NCBI GenBank assembly: GCA_963933885.1
Contig: CAWVWF010000004.1
Coordinates: 1 to 50,928, forward strand
From: an uncultured Flavobacteriales bacterium
Lineage (GTDB): Bacteria > Bacteroidota > Bacteroidia > Flavobacteriales_C > GCA-002722245
Length of the DNA: 50,928 nucleotides
Direction: 5' to 3'
Both the position numbers and the translations under genes were made by a program. Below the pieces are notes generated by a model. It saw only the letters and a list, made by a program, of their open reading frames with translations. It did not search any database and was not told the origin of the DNA. This document shows, in pieces, positions 28,579 through 37,253 of the stretch (positions within the stretch are counted from its first letter, which is position 1; each line of letters opens with the position of its first letter).

Positions 28579-29418
28579 ATGAAACACTCAAAATTTTGTT
28601 CTGTTGTAATAATCTTACTTTTCACCTCATTTATTGGGAAAGCAAGTAACGATTCTATTTTCACTTTTTGGAACATTAAAGAAAGTAATAAGGGAAAGAT
28701 GTTTCTTTACTGGGGATATAATAGAGCTGCATATTCAACATCCGATATTAAGTTTAAAGGAAGAGATTTTGATTTCGAATTAAAAGATGTAAAAGCGAAT
28801 GACAGACAGACTCCCTTTAACTGGAATGAATATTTCCACCCATCTAATCTAACTATCCCGCAAACCAATTTAAAATTTGGATATTTCTTTAGTGATAAAT
28901 ACAGCTTTTCAATTGGTGTTGATCACATGAAGTATGTGTTGGATAATTCTCAAATTGGAACAATTACGGGAACAATTACGGGAACAATACACGATGGAGT
29001 TTATAATCAAGATCAGAAACCTTTAGACATAGGTTTTATAACCTACGAACATACTGATGGATTGAATTATCTAAACATCGAATTTAACAGGTTTGACGGC
29101 TTGGTTAAAACAAAAAAATGGTTCCATTTACAATCTGTTTTAGGTGTAGGTGCTGCAGCCTTAATGCCAAAAACAAGAGCTATTTTAATGGGAAGAGGTC
29201 ATCACGATGAATTTCACTTAGCAGGTATTGGAGTTAATATAAAAACTGGTTTGAATTTAAGTATTGGAAAGTATTTCTTTATCCAAACGGAAGGAAAATT
29301 AGGATATATTAATATGCCCGATATTCGAATAACTGAATTTAGTGATGAAAAAGCTAGTCAACAGTTCACATTTGCTGAGTATACAATTTTAGTTGGATTA
29401 AGCGTGAAAATAAAATAA
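28579..29418 (+). CDS. Putative outer-membrane beta-barrel protein
   Basis: Signal peptide; YWGYNR..YS.SDI.F.G, TIPQTN, DHMKYV, EHTDGLNY; amphipathic strands. Confidence 0.7.
   Translation: MKHSKFCSVVIILLFTSFIGKASNDSIFTFWNIKESNKGKMFLYWGYNRAAYSTSDIKFKGRDFDFELKDVKANDRQTPFNWNEYFHPSNLTIPQTNLKFGYFFSDKYSFSIGVDHMKYVLDNSQIGTITGTITGTIHDGVYNQDQKPLDIGFITYEHTDGLNYLNIEFNRFDGLVKTKKWFHLQSVLGVGAAALMPKTRAILMGRGHHDEFHLAGIGVNIKTGLNLSIGKYFFIQTEGKLGYINMPDIRITEFSDEKASQQFTFAEYTILVGLSVKIK
28957..28990 (+). repeat. In-frame 12-bp tandem repeat (about 2.8 copies)
   Basis: GGAACAATTACG GGAACAATTACG GGAACAATAC encoding GTIT-GTIT-GTI. Confidence 0.85.
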
Positions 29419-29422
29419 AATT

Positions 29423-29929
29423 TTAATCTAGATAAGACCTTGGATCTAGCAACTCTAACCCGCATTCATCTAATTCCAAGCCAACTTTTTTCGAAAAAGT
29501 ATAAAGCGCATCAGACACTTCTTTTTCATTAATAAGTTCTGATTTTGAAAGGATAACTAATAACCCAAACTCTTCACCTATTTTACAAGATATCCCTGCA
29601 TAGCTTTCAACGCTCATCTCAACAAGTAATTCATCTTTAGGAAATAACTTCGCTACATTTTTAGGATAAACAGATGTCCCTAATTTAGCAACGACTTCAC
29701 AAGGTGTATGATTTAAATCGTAGATTAAGGCATTGAATGAATTGTTCTCTCTTATGTAAACAATAGACTGGACATTATGTTTCTCTCTATAAACTTTTCC
29801 GATTAAAACATAATCAATATCTAGTGATTTAGAAAAAGCTAACATCAATTCTTTATAAAATTGAACTCCTTTCAAATTATCAGAAATATCAGAGCTATTT
29901 TTTCCTGCCTTCACAAGACAATTATACAC
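29423..29929 (-). CDS. Stand-alone GAF-like domain protein
   Basis: YDL.HTPC..V...YP..V..LFPKD..L..M.VESY.G...G...GLL pattern seen in GAF modules of sensor kinases. Confidence 0.6.
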   Translation of the reverse strand: MYNCLVKAGKNSSDISDNLKGVQFYKELMLAFSKSLDIDYVLIGKVYREKHNVQSIVYIRENNSFNALIYDLNHTPCEVVAKLGTSVYPKNVAKLFPKDELLVEMSVESYAGISCKIGEEFGLLVILSKSELINEKEVSDALYTFSKKVGLELDECGLELLDPRSYLD

Positions 29930-29931
29930 AA

Positions 29932-31071
29932 TTAAACTTTGTATTTCAAAAAATTACAAACCTTTAAACTCAGATTCATAAACGCAATTTTCGGATTTCC
30001 ATTCCTTACAATACCAGTATGTGTATGTTCAAAAACTTCAATTAATTCAAGAATATTCCCCCCATGGATAAATTGCGCGAACTTAGCGTTAAATACCGAC
30101 TCCTTATGGTGAAGTCTATTTAAATCTTTTGATGCGTAATTGTAAATAATACACTCCCTGAAAATCCTCATTCCGTACTCCAAAAACTTTTTTTGTTTTT
30201 CTCGCCCAAAGTCTTTTTTTGCAATTTCGTCAACTAATTTGTTCAATTTCAAGAAATCAACCGTATAACACAACCTCATCCAAGTCTGGAAAATTCCGAT
30301 AAAATATTCATCTCCATCTGGATTTTTCAACAATTGAATAGCTTCATAAAAGTTACCACTAGACATTTTAGCAAGCGACTGAGCTAAATCAACAGGTACT
30401 CCTTCTTTATCCAATAAACCTTGTTCAACATCAGCATCTGATAAATCTCCAACTTTTATAAGTTGAACCCTAGATATAATCGTAGCTAGAAGCTCATCTG
30501 TATTATGTCCAACCAATAAAAAAAGTGAATTAGGATTCGGTTCTTCTAAGATTTTAAGAATTTTATTAGAACAATCATTATTCATTTTCTCTGGCCACCA
30601 GATGATGTTAACCTTAAACTTAGCCTCGTAATTTTTCAGGGAAAAAGACTTGATAATATCTAAGCTGTCCTCCTTATTTAGGATAGCCTGTTTATTTTCA
30701 ATTCCCATAAAATCTCCCCAAGAAGAAAGATTAAAGTATTCATTCTCTTTTACAAAATCAATCCAAACCTTCGTAAGTTTTTTACTGCTCGGTTTTTCTT
30801 TTACAAAAGAAGACGTTGCTGTTGGAAAGAAAAAATTAAGATCAGGATGTTGTAAATTAGTATACTTAATACAGCTACTACATTTCCCGCAAGAGTCTTT
30901 TTCAACTGGAGACAAACAGTTCACATATTGAGCATATGCTAATGCCAATTGGAAGTTACCTCCACCCTCTTTACCCAAAAACAATTGAGCATGGCTAATC
31001 CTTCCCTTACTAACACTATCAATTAAGTGTTCTTTTAAATCGCTATGTCCTACAACATCTTTAAAAAGCAT
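29932..31071 (-). CDS. holB: DNA polymerase III subunit delta'
   Basis: [28 protein letters not shown] zinc motif, HPDL.F.FP, LKILEEP, TIISRVQ; ATG at 31071 preferred. Confidence 0.92.
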   Translation of the reverse strand: MLFKDVVGHSDLKEHLIDSVSKGRISHAQLFLGKEGGGNFQLALAYAQYVNCLSPVEKDSCGKCSSCIKYTNLQHPDLNFFFPTATSSFVKEKPSSKKLTKVWIDFVKENEYFNLSSWGDFMGIENKQAILNKEDSLDIIKSFSLKNYEAKFKVNIIWWPEKMNNDCSNKILKILEEPNPNSLFLLVGHNTDELLATIISRVQLIKVGDLSDADVEQGLLDKEGVPVDLAQSLAKMSSGNFYEAIQLLKNPDGDEYFIGIFQTWMRLCYTVDFLKLNKLVDEIAKKDFGREKQKKFLEYGMRIFRECIIYNYASKDLNRLHHKESVFNAKFAQFIHGGNILELIEVFEHTHTGIVRNGNPKIAFMNLSLKVCNFLKYKV

Positions 31072-31205
31072 CTTACTCAAAGATAATATTCAGTTCGAGT
31101 ATATATTATAAAGTTGAACCTTTTTTTTCATGTTATCATAAACATTCGTTAAATTTGAGAGAGCTCCAAGCGAGTAATCAATTCGAAAACCTAATTTACG
31201 ATATT

Positions 31206-32396
31206 ATGAAAACAGTAAAAGATTATAATTTCTCAGGAAAGAAAGCAATAGTACGTGTTGATTTCAATGTCCCATTGGATGAAGATTTTAATATAACGGA
31301 TGATACTAGAATTAGAGCTGCTGTTCCAACTATCAAGGCTATTTTAGAAGGTGGTGGAAGTGCAATTTTAATGTCTCACTTGGGTCGCCCTAAAAATGGT
31401 CCAGAAGATAAGTCTTCATTAAAGCATATTCTTTCTAAGGTTTCTGAAAACATAGGTGTTGAAGTAAAATTCGTAACTGATTGTATCGGAGCTGATGTTG
31501 ATGCTGCTGTAGCTGATTTAAAAGCCGGAGAAGTTTTATTACTTGAAAACTTACGTTTTTATAAAGAAGAAACGGCTGGAGATAAAGCATTCAGTGAAAA
31601 ACTAGCAAGTATTGCTGATTGTTATGTTAACGATGCTTTTGGAACTGCACACAGAGCGCATGCTTCTACAACAATTATAGCTGAATCTTTTCCAAATGAC
31701 AAAATGTTTGGATTATTATTGGCTGGTGAATTAGAAAGTATTGATAAAGCACTTAAAACAGGAAAAGGTCCATTAACTGCAATTATGGGAGGATCTAAGG
31801 TTTCATCTAAAATTCAAATCATTACTCAACTTTTAGATAAGGTGGACAATTTGATTATCGGTGGAGGAATGGGATATACATTCTCTAAAGCAAAAGGTGG
31901 TAAAATTGGTAATTCAATTGTTGAAGACGATTTCTTAGATACAGCACTAGATATCTTAAAGCAAGCTAAAGAAAAAGGTGTAAATATTTATTTACCTGTT
32001 GATTCAGTTATCGCTGATGATTTTTCTAATGACGCAAATACTCAAATCGCTGCAGCAGGAACAATTCCTGATGGTTGGGAAGGTTTAGATTGTGGACCGG
32101 AATCAAGAGAGATTTTCGGAAAAGTAATCGAAGCTTCTGGAACAGTTCTTTGGAACGGACCAGTTGGAGTTTTTGAATTAGATACTTTTGGAAATGGAAC
32201 TAAAGCAGTTGCTAATTCATTAGTTACAGCTACTGAAAACGGTGCATTTACTTTAATTGGTGGTGGTGATTCAGTTGCAGCAATAAACAAATACGGTTTA
32301 GCTGATAAAGTTTCTTACATCTCAACTGGAGGTGGCGCTTTACTTGAATTATTAGAAGGTAAAGTTCTTCCTGGAGTTGATGCAATTTTAAAATAA
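31206..32396 (+). CDS. pgk: Phosphoglycerate kinase
   Basis: [62 protein letters not shown]; ATG at 31206. Confidence 0.98.
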   Translation: MKTVKDYNFSGKKAIVRVDFNVPLDEDFNITDDTRIRAAVPTIKAILEGGGSAILMSHLGRPKNGPEDKSSLKHILSKVSENIGVEVKFVTDCIGADVDAAVADLKAGEVLLLENLRFYKEETAGDKAFSEKLASIADCYVNDAFGTAHRAHASTTIIAESFPNDKMFGLLLAGELESIDKALKTGKGPLTAIMGGSKVSSKIQIITQLLDKVDNLIIGGGMGYTFSKAKGGKIGNSIVEDDFLDTALDILKQAKEKGVNIYLPVDSVIADDFSNDANTQIAAAGTIPDGWEGLDCGPESREIFGKVIEASGTVLWNGPVGVFELDTFGNGTKAVANSLVTATENGAFTLIGGGDSVAAINKYGLADKVSYISTGGGALLELLEGKVLPGVDAILK

Positions 32397-32419
32397 GATT
32401 CATTAAAACATATATTTAG

Positions 32420-32454
32420 AAAAAGGGAGCACCATTAGGTACTCCCTTTTTTTT
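32420..32454 (+). terminator. Intrinsic terminator of pgk
   Basis: AAAAAGGGAGCACC-ATTA-GGTACTCCCTTTTTTTT. Confidence 0.85.
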
Positions 32455-32523
32455 GTACTTAACTGTCATGTTCTAATATTAATCGTATCTTGATATCGGA
32501 TTAGGGATTTATTAGGGGTAATT

Positions 32524-33987
32524 ATGAGAGTATTAGTTTCAGCACTATTACTTGTAATTAGCGCATCAACACATGCATTGACGTTTTCATACGGGCGATA
32601 CACGGGTGATGATGCGGCTACGCAAGCAATAACAGGATTAGGTTTTCAACCAGATTTATTAATTGTAAAAGCCGATGGCGCCTATCAAGGCTGGATGGTT
32701 CACAAAGACATGTCTGATGGTGATGCTAAAGGAATGGTTGGTTCTTCTGCTTTAGTAACTGATAGAATTTCAACTTTAGATGCTAATGGTTTTACTGTTG
32801 GAACTCATGATGAAGCTAATAAAAATGCAGTCATTTACTATTTTATCGCTTTCGATGCCACTTCCGATTTTGTTTTAGGAAGTTTTGTTGGTACTGGCGC
32901 TGAAACTATTTCCGGTTTGAGTTTCCAACCAGACATGGTTTGGCTAATGGGAAGTGCTGCTGGTGATAATGGAACTGCAGTGCTTAGATCCGATTTACAT
33001 GATAACGCAACATTAGCATGGGACGGCTACGATGCCTGGGATCATATTGGAAGTTTTACTTCTGATGGGTTTACTTCAAACTGGAGAACAGATGGAAGTA
33101 ACACATATTATTGGGTTGCAGTAGACGAAGGAGCATCTGGATTTGAAACTAATGAATTCACGGGGAATGCAACTGATGATCGAGAAATTACTGCTCCCGG
33201 ATTTCAACCCGAATTCGTTATGTTAATTGGAAATGGAGGTAATGATCCACAATTTAGACTGGGAAACATGGCTATTGATCAGTCAATGGGATTTGCTGCT
33301 TCTGGATTAGCAAATAATGGAATTCAACTAACAACCCCCACCGGTTTCCAAATTGGAGATGATAGTAAAGTAAACGGAAGTTCAACAAAAACAACTTGGC
33401 TTGCCTATGGTGGAGGTACGAACGTATTACCAGTTGAGCTTACAAAGTTTAATGTTTCTAGTATAGATAACAACGCTGTTCAAATTGAATGGGAAACTGC
33501 ATCGGAACTTAACTCATCTCATTTTGAAGTTGAAAGAGCATCGGACGGAAGTAATTTTGAATCAATAGATCAAGTTCCATCTTCGGGAACTAGTTTTGAA
33601 ACTCAAACTTATGAAGTTATTGATTATGAACCAATAGATGGAATTAATTACTACAGATTAAAAGCCGTAGATATCGATCAATCATTTGAATACTCTGATA
33701 TTAAAACAGTTTCTTTAAATCCAATTAACTTATCTAAAATTACAAGTTTCCCCAATCCAGCTATTGATCAAATCAGCTTATCTTTTAATTCCTTAGTTGG
33801 AGAAACTTACTTATTAAAGATTTCGGATAGTAATGGATTAACAATATATTCAGCGAATCTCCTAGGATTTGAAGGTCCAAATGAGGTTAATTTTAATATC
33901 AGTACCTATCCGCAAGGAATGTACTTTATAACAATATTATCTTCGACTAATAAAAAGCTTCAGGCCGTCAACTTTATTAAACGCTAA
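32524..33987 (+). CDS. T9SS type A cargo protein with three internal ~90-aa repeats
   Basis: Signal peptide; three FQP(D/E)-containing repeats; LPVEL..F...W.TASE.N..HF.VER..DG...YYRLK.VD.D Ig-like domain; FPNPA...GMYFI CTD. Confidence 0.85.
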   Translation: MRVLVSALLLVISASTHALTFSYGRYTGDDAATQAITGLGFQPDLLIVKADGAYQGWMVHKDMSDGDAKGMVGSSALVTDRISTLDANGFTVGTHDEANKNAVIYYFIAFDATSDFVLGSFVGTGAETISGLSFQPDMVWLMGSAAGDNGTAVLRSDLHDNATLAWDGYDAWDHIGSFTSDGFTSNWRTDGSNTYYWVAVDEGASGFETNEFTGNATDDREITAPGFQPEFVMLIGNGGNDPQFRLGNMAIDQSMGFAASGLANNGIQLTTPTGFQIGDDSKVNGSSTKTTWLAYGGGTNVLPVELTKFNVSSIDNNAVQIEWETASELNSSHFEVERASDGSNFESIDQVPSSGTSFETQTYEVIDYEPIDGINYYRLKAVDIDQSFEYSDIKTVSLNPINLSKITSFPNPAIDQISLSFNSLVGETYLLKISDSNGLTIYSANLLGFEGPNEVNFNISTYPQGMYFITILSSTNKKLQAVNFIKR

Positions 33988-34550
33988 ACAATCTTAATAC
34001 TGTACTTATTAAGTAAACCTGTAACTTCAGGTAGTGAGAATTTGGCGTTCTTGATCTTATTATTTTCGGGATCAATCGTATAATTAAATGCCGTTGTAAA
34101 GTTTGAATTCATCAAATTCGTTTTATCAAAAAGTGCATTTCCTAAATCACAATTACTGAAAACAGCACCAGATAAATTACTTTCTGAAAAATCAACATCT
34201 ATTAGCTTACTGTTTTTGAACTCAGTTTTAATTAATCTCATTTTATGGAATGAAGCGTAATTCAAAATACAATCAGTAAATTCAACTTCAAATCCAAAAT
34301 CATTACAATTTTCAAAACCAATCCCCATTAATTTACAATCTATAAATCTAGCATCTTGAAAAGCTGTTCCAGCTATATTTACCTCACTAAAATTACAATC
34401 GCTAAAACTACAATCAATAAATTTTGATTCAGTCAGGTCGGCTTTATTAAAATTACAATTTGAAAAAACACAAAACTCGTATTCTCCTTTCTCAAATTGC
34501 TTAATCGAATAATCAATGCCGTTTATTTCTTTCTCATAAAATCCAACCAT
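33984..34550 (-). CDS. Pentapeptide repeat protein (Qnr/MfpA-like fold)
   Basis: Continuous (A/C/S)(D/N)(F/L)xx repeats: CVFSN CNFNK ADLTE SKFID CSFSD CNFSE. Confidence 0.92.
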   Translation of the reverse strand: MVGFYEKEINGIDYSIKQFEKGEYEFCVFSNCNFNKADLTESKFIDCSFSDCNFSEVNIAGTAFQDARFIDCKLMGIGFENCNDFGFEVEFTDCILNYASFHKMRLIKTEFKNSKLIDVDFSESNLSGAVFSNCDLGNALFDKTNLMNSNFTTAFNYTIDPENNKIKNAKFSLPEVTGLLNKYSIKIV

Positions 34551-34551
34551 A

Positions 34552-35364
34552 CTACAACTCCTCCTTTAAAGAAACAAAAATCTCATCGTTCTTCATTGAA
34601 ATCAATAAGGTTCCTCCTGTAAAGTTTGTGTAATTTAAACACTCTTCAACCCTTAAAAAAGCAATTCCTTTTTCAACCCACATATTCTCTTTAATCTCGA
34701 TTTTCCAATCAGAATGATCACAGATACTAAGTAGAGATAAATATCGCTCAATAATTTTAACTTCATCATTTAGCATGATACTATCATCCTGTTTCCTATA
34801 GAGCTTAAACCTTAACACTTTTGATAGTGATGTAATAGACTTTACAATATTCTGAGGTTCATCTATCTCTTTTTCTAATTGTTGTAGTACACCTTCTACA
34901 AAAGGGAAACTCATCCCAACCTTTAATTCATTAATCTCATTATCTCGCTTTTGCATATAAAGTCTGTGTGCAACTTTAGTATTTTTAACCCATTGAAATA
35001 CCATTCTACTTCCAGTACTAAAAGTTATATAAAAAAATGAGATATGAATAACAGCTCCAATTTTGCTTGTTGAATTAACAATACTTGGAGTTATAAAAAC
35101 ATTTGGAAATAAATCATATAATGGATAACAAGTTGCAAAATGAATTAACGAATAACTAACTACCCAAATGAAAACTCTCGTAAATGTAATTTTATTAAGA
35201 ATGTTTGGTACAAGGATAAAATAATTAAAATAGAATGGAATAGCAAAAATCAAGGTGCTCATGATTTGTATACCTATGGGTGCAGTTGTAAATAATGTAT
35301 TCACAAATACGTTAAAAATCCAAAAGGAGAAATGGCATATTATAATAATCGAACTCTTATTCAT
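34552..35364 (-). CDS. Degenerate LytS-type membrane sensor (probable pseudokinase)
   Basis: Four TM helices like the upstream kinase; E...LK then GMSFPFV where QINPHFL is expected; LS.VLRF.LY...I.L.DEV..I..YL.L retained; no N/G boxes. Confidence 0.65.
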   Translation of the reverse strand: MNKSSIIIICHFSFWIFNVFVNTLFTTAPIGIQIMSTLIFAIPFYFNYFILVPNILNKITFTRVFIWVVSYSLIHFATCYPLYDLFPNVFITPSIVNSTSKIGAVIHISFFYITFSTGSRMVFQWVKNTKVAHRLYMQKRDNEINELKVGMSFPFVEGVLQQLEKEIDEPQNIVKSITSLSKVLRFKLYRKQDDSIMLNDEVKIIERYLSLLSICDHSDWKIEIKENMWVEKGIAFLRVEECLNYTNFTGGTLLISMKNDEIFVSLKEEL

Positions 35365-36397
35365 TCTCTATAGAAATTTTAAGGTTCACATTATATGTTT
35401 CATTTGAATTGGTAATAGATAAATCATGCTTGTCAGGATAAACAAATTCCAATCTTTTTTTAACATTCAGGTTAACAATTCCAGATCTTACTTCTACATT
35501 TTTAATCAAATTATTTTCTACAGAAAAAACCAATACTCCGTCTACTACTTGACAACCAATTTTAATTAATCCTGTTTCTGTTAAATCACCATGTTTAAAA
35601 GCGTTCTCTATAAATGGCAATAGCAACATAGGTTCAACTTTATATTTCTCCATACTTTTTGTAGGGAATGATAATTCGATTGGAACAGTGTATCTTATTT
35701 CATGCAAATTGATAAAACTTCGTAAAAAATCAAGCTCATCTTTTAAAGAAACTTTTTCTCCCGTTTTCATTAAAAATGCACTCCCTATTAATCCTCTTAG
35801 GTTTTTAATAGCATCAATTGTTTTATCTGATTTAACCATAGCCAAACCATTAATGCAACCTAACACATTAAAGAGAAAATGAGGATTAATTTGAGATTTT
35901 AAAAATTCGTATTCTGTCTTTTTCAATTCCTTTTCCAAGGCTAATCTTTCACTAATCCTTAGAACCCAAGTCTCCAGTAATTTCCATGTGAAACTAACAC
36001 TAAAAAAAAACGAAGATGCCCCTAGTACTCCGTCTAACATATTTCCCCATTTTTTAAAATCAAATGGTGAAAAATGGTTCCATGACCACATTAAAATAAC
36101 AAAATGTAATAATGTAGCTAGAATTATCCCTATTACGTAATGAATATATTTCCCTTTCGAAAAATATTTAGGATACAGAATGGAATAGTTGACATAAAAA
36201 TAACCTAAATGAGCTGAAAGGCAAACGATTGATGTAATCCAGAAATATTCACTTCCGTAAGAAGGTAGTTGATAAAAATAGAATACGATCCCTACTTTCA
36301 CAATCCAAAATAATAAATGATATAGCTTCCTATTTCCCTCCAAATGAATGGTTTGTTTTATCCTATTCGTCCAAATCTCGTAATAAAGATCGTGCAA
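35357..36397 (-). CDS. LytS/YehU-type sensor histidine kinase
   Basis: TM helices; LKSQINPHFLFN, VSL.DEL.F...FI.L...RY, PMLLLPFIENAFKHG; start codon uncertain. Confidence 0.9.
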   Translation of the reverse strand: MHDLYYEIWTNRIKQTIHLEGNRKLYHLLFWIVKVGIVFYFYQLPSYGSEYFWITSIVCLSAHLGYFYVNYSILYPKYFSKGKYIHYVIGIILATLLHFVILMWSWNHFSPFDFKKWGNMLDGVLGASSFFFSVSFTWKLLETWVLRISERLALEKELKKTEYEFLKSQINPHFLFNVLGCINGLAMVKSDKTIDAIKNLRGLIGSAFLMKTGEKVSLKDELDFLRSFINLHEIRYTVPIELSFPTKSMEKYKVEPMLLLPFIENAFKHGDLTETGLIKIGCQVVDGVLVFSVENNLIKNVEVRSGIVNLNVKKRLEFVYPDKHDLSITNSNETYNVNLKISIENE

Positions 36398-36411
36398 TAA
36401 AAATAAAACGA

Positions 36412-36441
36412 TTTACAATTGTACAAAAATACAATTGTAAA
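36412..36441. promoter_or_regulatory. Twin TACAATTGTA palindromes overlapping a -7 box
   Basis: TTTACAATTGTA-CAAAAA-TACAATTGTAAA; minus-strand TATTTTTG at 36424-36431. Confidence 0.65.
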
Positions 36442-36525
36442 CAAAGTAATAGTTACTCAGAAACTAACAATAGTATAATACTACACAATTCAACTATAAG
36501 AAATAAAAAACTGGTTTACAGATAA

Positions 36526-37164
36526 TTAAACCTCGCTAGGAATGTCGCAAAAATCAACTGCTCCAGTTGAAACATTATACATCGCACCAACAATTCCGAT
36601 TTCTCCGTTTTCAAGCATTTCATTAAGAACAGGACTTTCTTTCCTTATTTTTTCCATTGCATGTAAAACATTCACTCTTGCAACTTCATTTACATAAGGT
36701 AGATTCTTAGAGTTCTTTTCCCCTTCAACATTTTGAACTGCTTCAACCGCCGGCTGAATTTTATCTAACATACTTGTCAAATTCCCTAATTCCACATGAT
36801 CACAAGCACCTTTTACTGCACCACAACTTGTATGTCCAAGAACAACAATCAATTTAGATCCAGCAACTTTACATGCAAATTCCATACTTCCTAAAATATC
36901 AGTATTCACGAAATTACCTGCTATTCTAATACTAAAAACATCTCCTAAACCTTGATCAAAAACCAATTCAGCAGAAACTCTAGAATCGATACAACTTAAA
37001 ATTGCAGCAAACGGGAATTGACTTTCTCTTGTATCATTAACCTGCTCTAATAAATTACGATTAGCTTTTAAATTTTTTTGAAATCTCTCATTCCCAATTT
37101 TCAGATACGACAAAGCATCTTCTGGAGTCATTTTAGTTTGCGAATCTTTTGTTTGAGTTCTCAT
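36526..37164 (-). CDS. Beta-class carbonic anhydrase
   Basis: L..GN.RF, Q.PFA.ILSCIDSR, FDQGLGD.FS.RIAGN, GHTSCGAV zinc ligands. Confidence 0.95.
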   Translation of the reverse strand: MRTQTKDSQTKMTPEDALSYLKIGNERFQKNLKANRNLLEQVNDTRESQFPFAAILSCIDSRVSAELVFDQGLGDVFSIRIAGNFVNTDILGSMEFACKVAGSKLIVVLGHTSCGAVKGACDHVELGNLTSMLDKIQPAVEAVQNVEGEKNSKNLPYVNEVARVNVLHAMEKIRKESPVLNEMLENGEIGIVGAMYNVSTGAVDFCDIPSEV

Positions 37165-37218
37165 AATTAAAAAAGTAAATTGTATTCACCAATAATAGAT
37201 CAATAAGAGTAGACAAGC

Positions 37219-37246
37219 ATTAAAACGAGATTAGAATTTACTAAGA
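37219..37246 (-). promoter_or_regulatory. Direct-repeat response-regulator site candidate upstream of carbonic anhydrase
   Basis: Minus strand TCTTAGT-aaa-TTCTAAT-ctcg-TTTTAAT, 10-11 bp periodicity. Confidence 0.45.
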
Positions 37247-37253
37247 AATGAAA

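Noticed and set aside
33984-34550. Calling the pentapeptide protein a qnr resistance gene
   Set aside because: The fold alone does not establish quinolone protection, and such proteins are common chromosomal genes
982-36010. A8-A9 homopolymers inside wzm (982-989), GT4 (4408-4415) and the LytS kinase (36002-36010) as phase-variation tracts
   Set aside because: Runs of this length are expected in such AT-rich DNA and all three frames are intact
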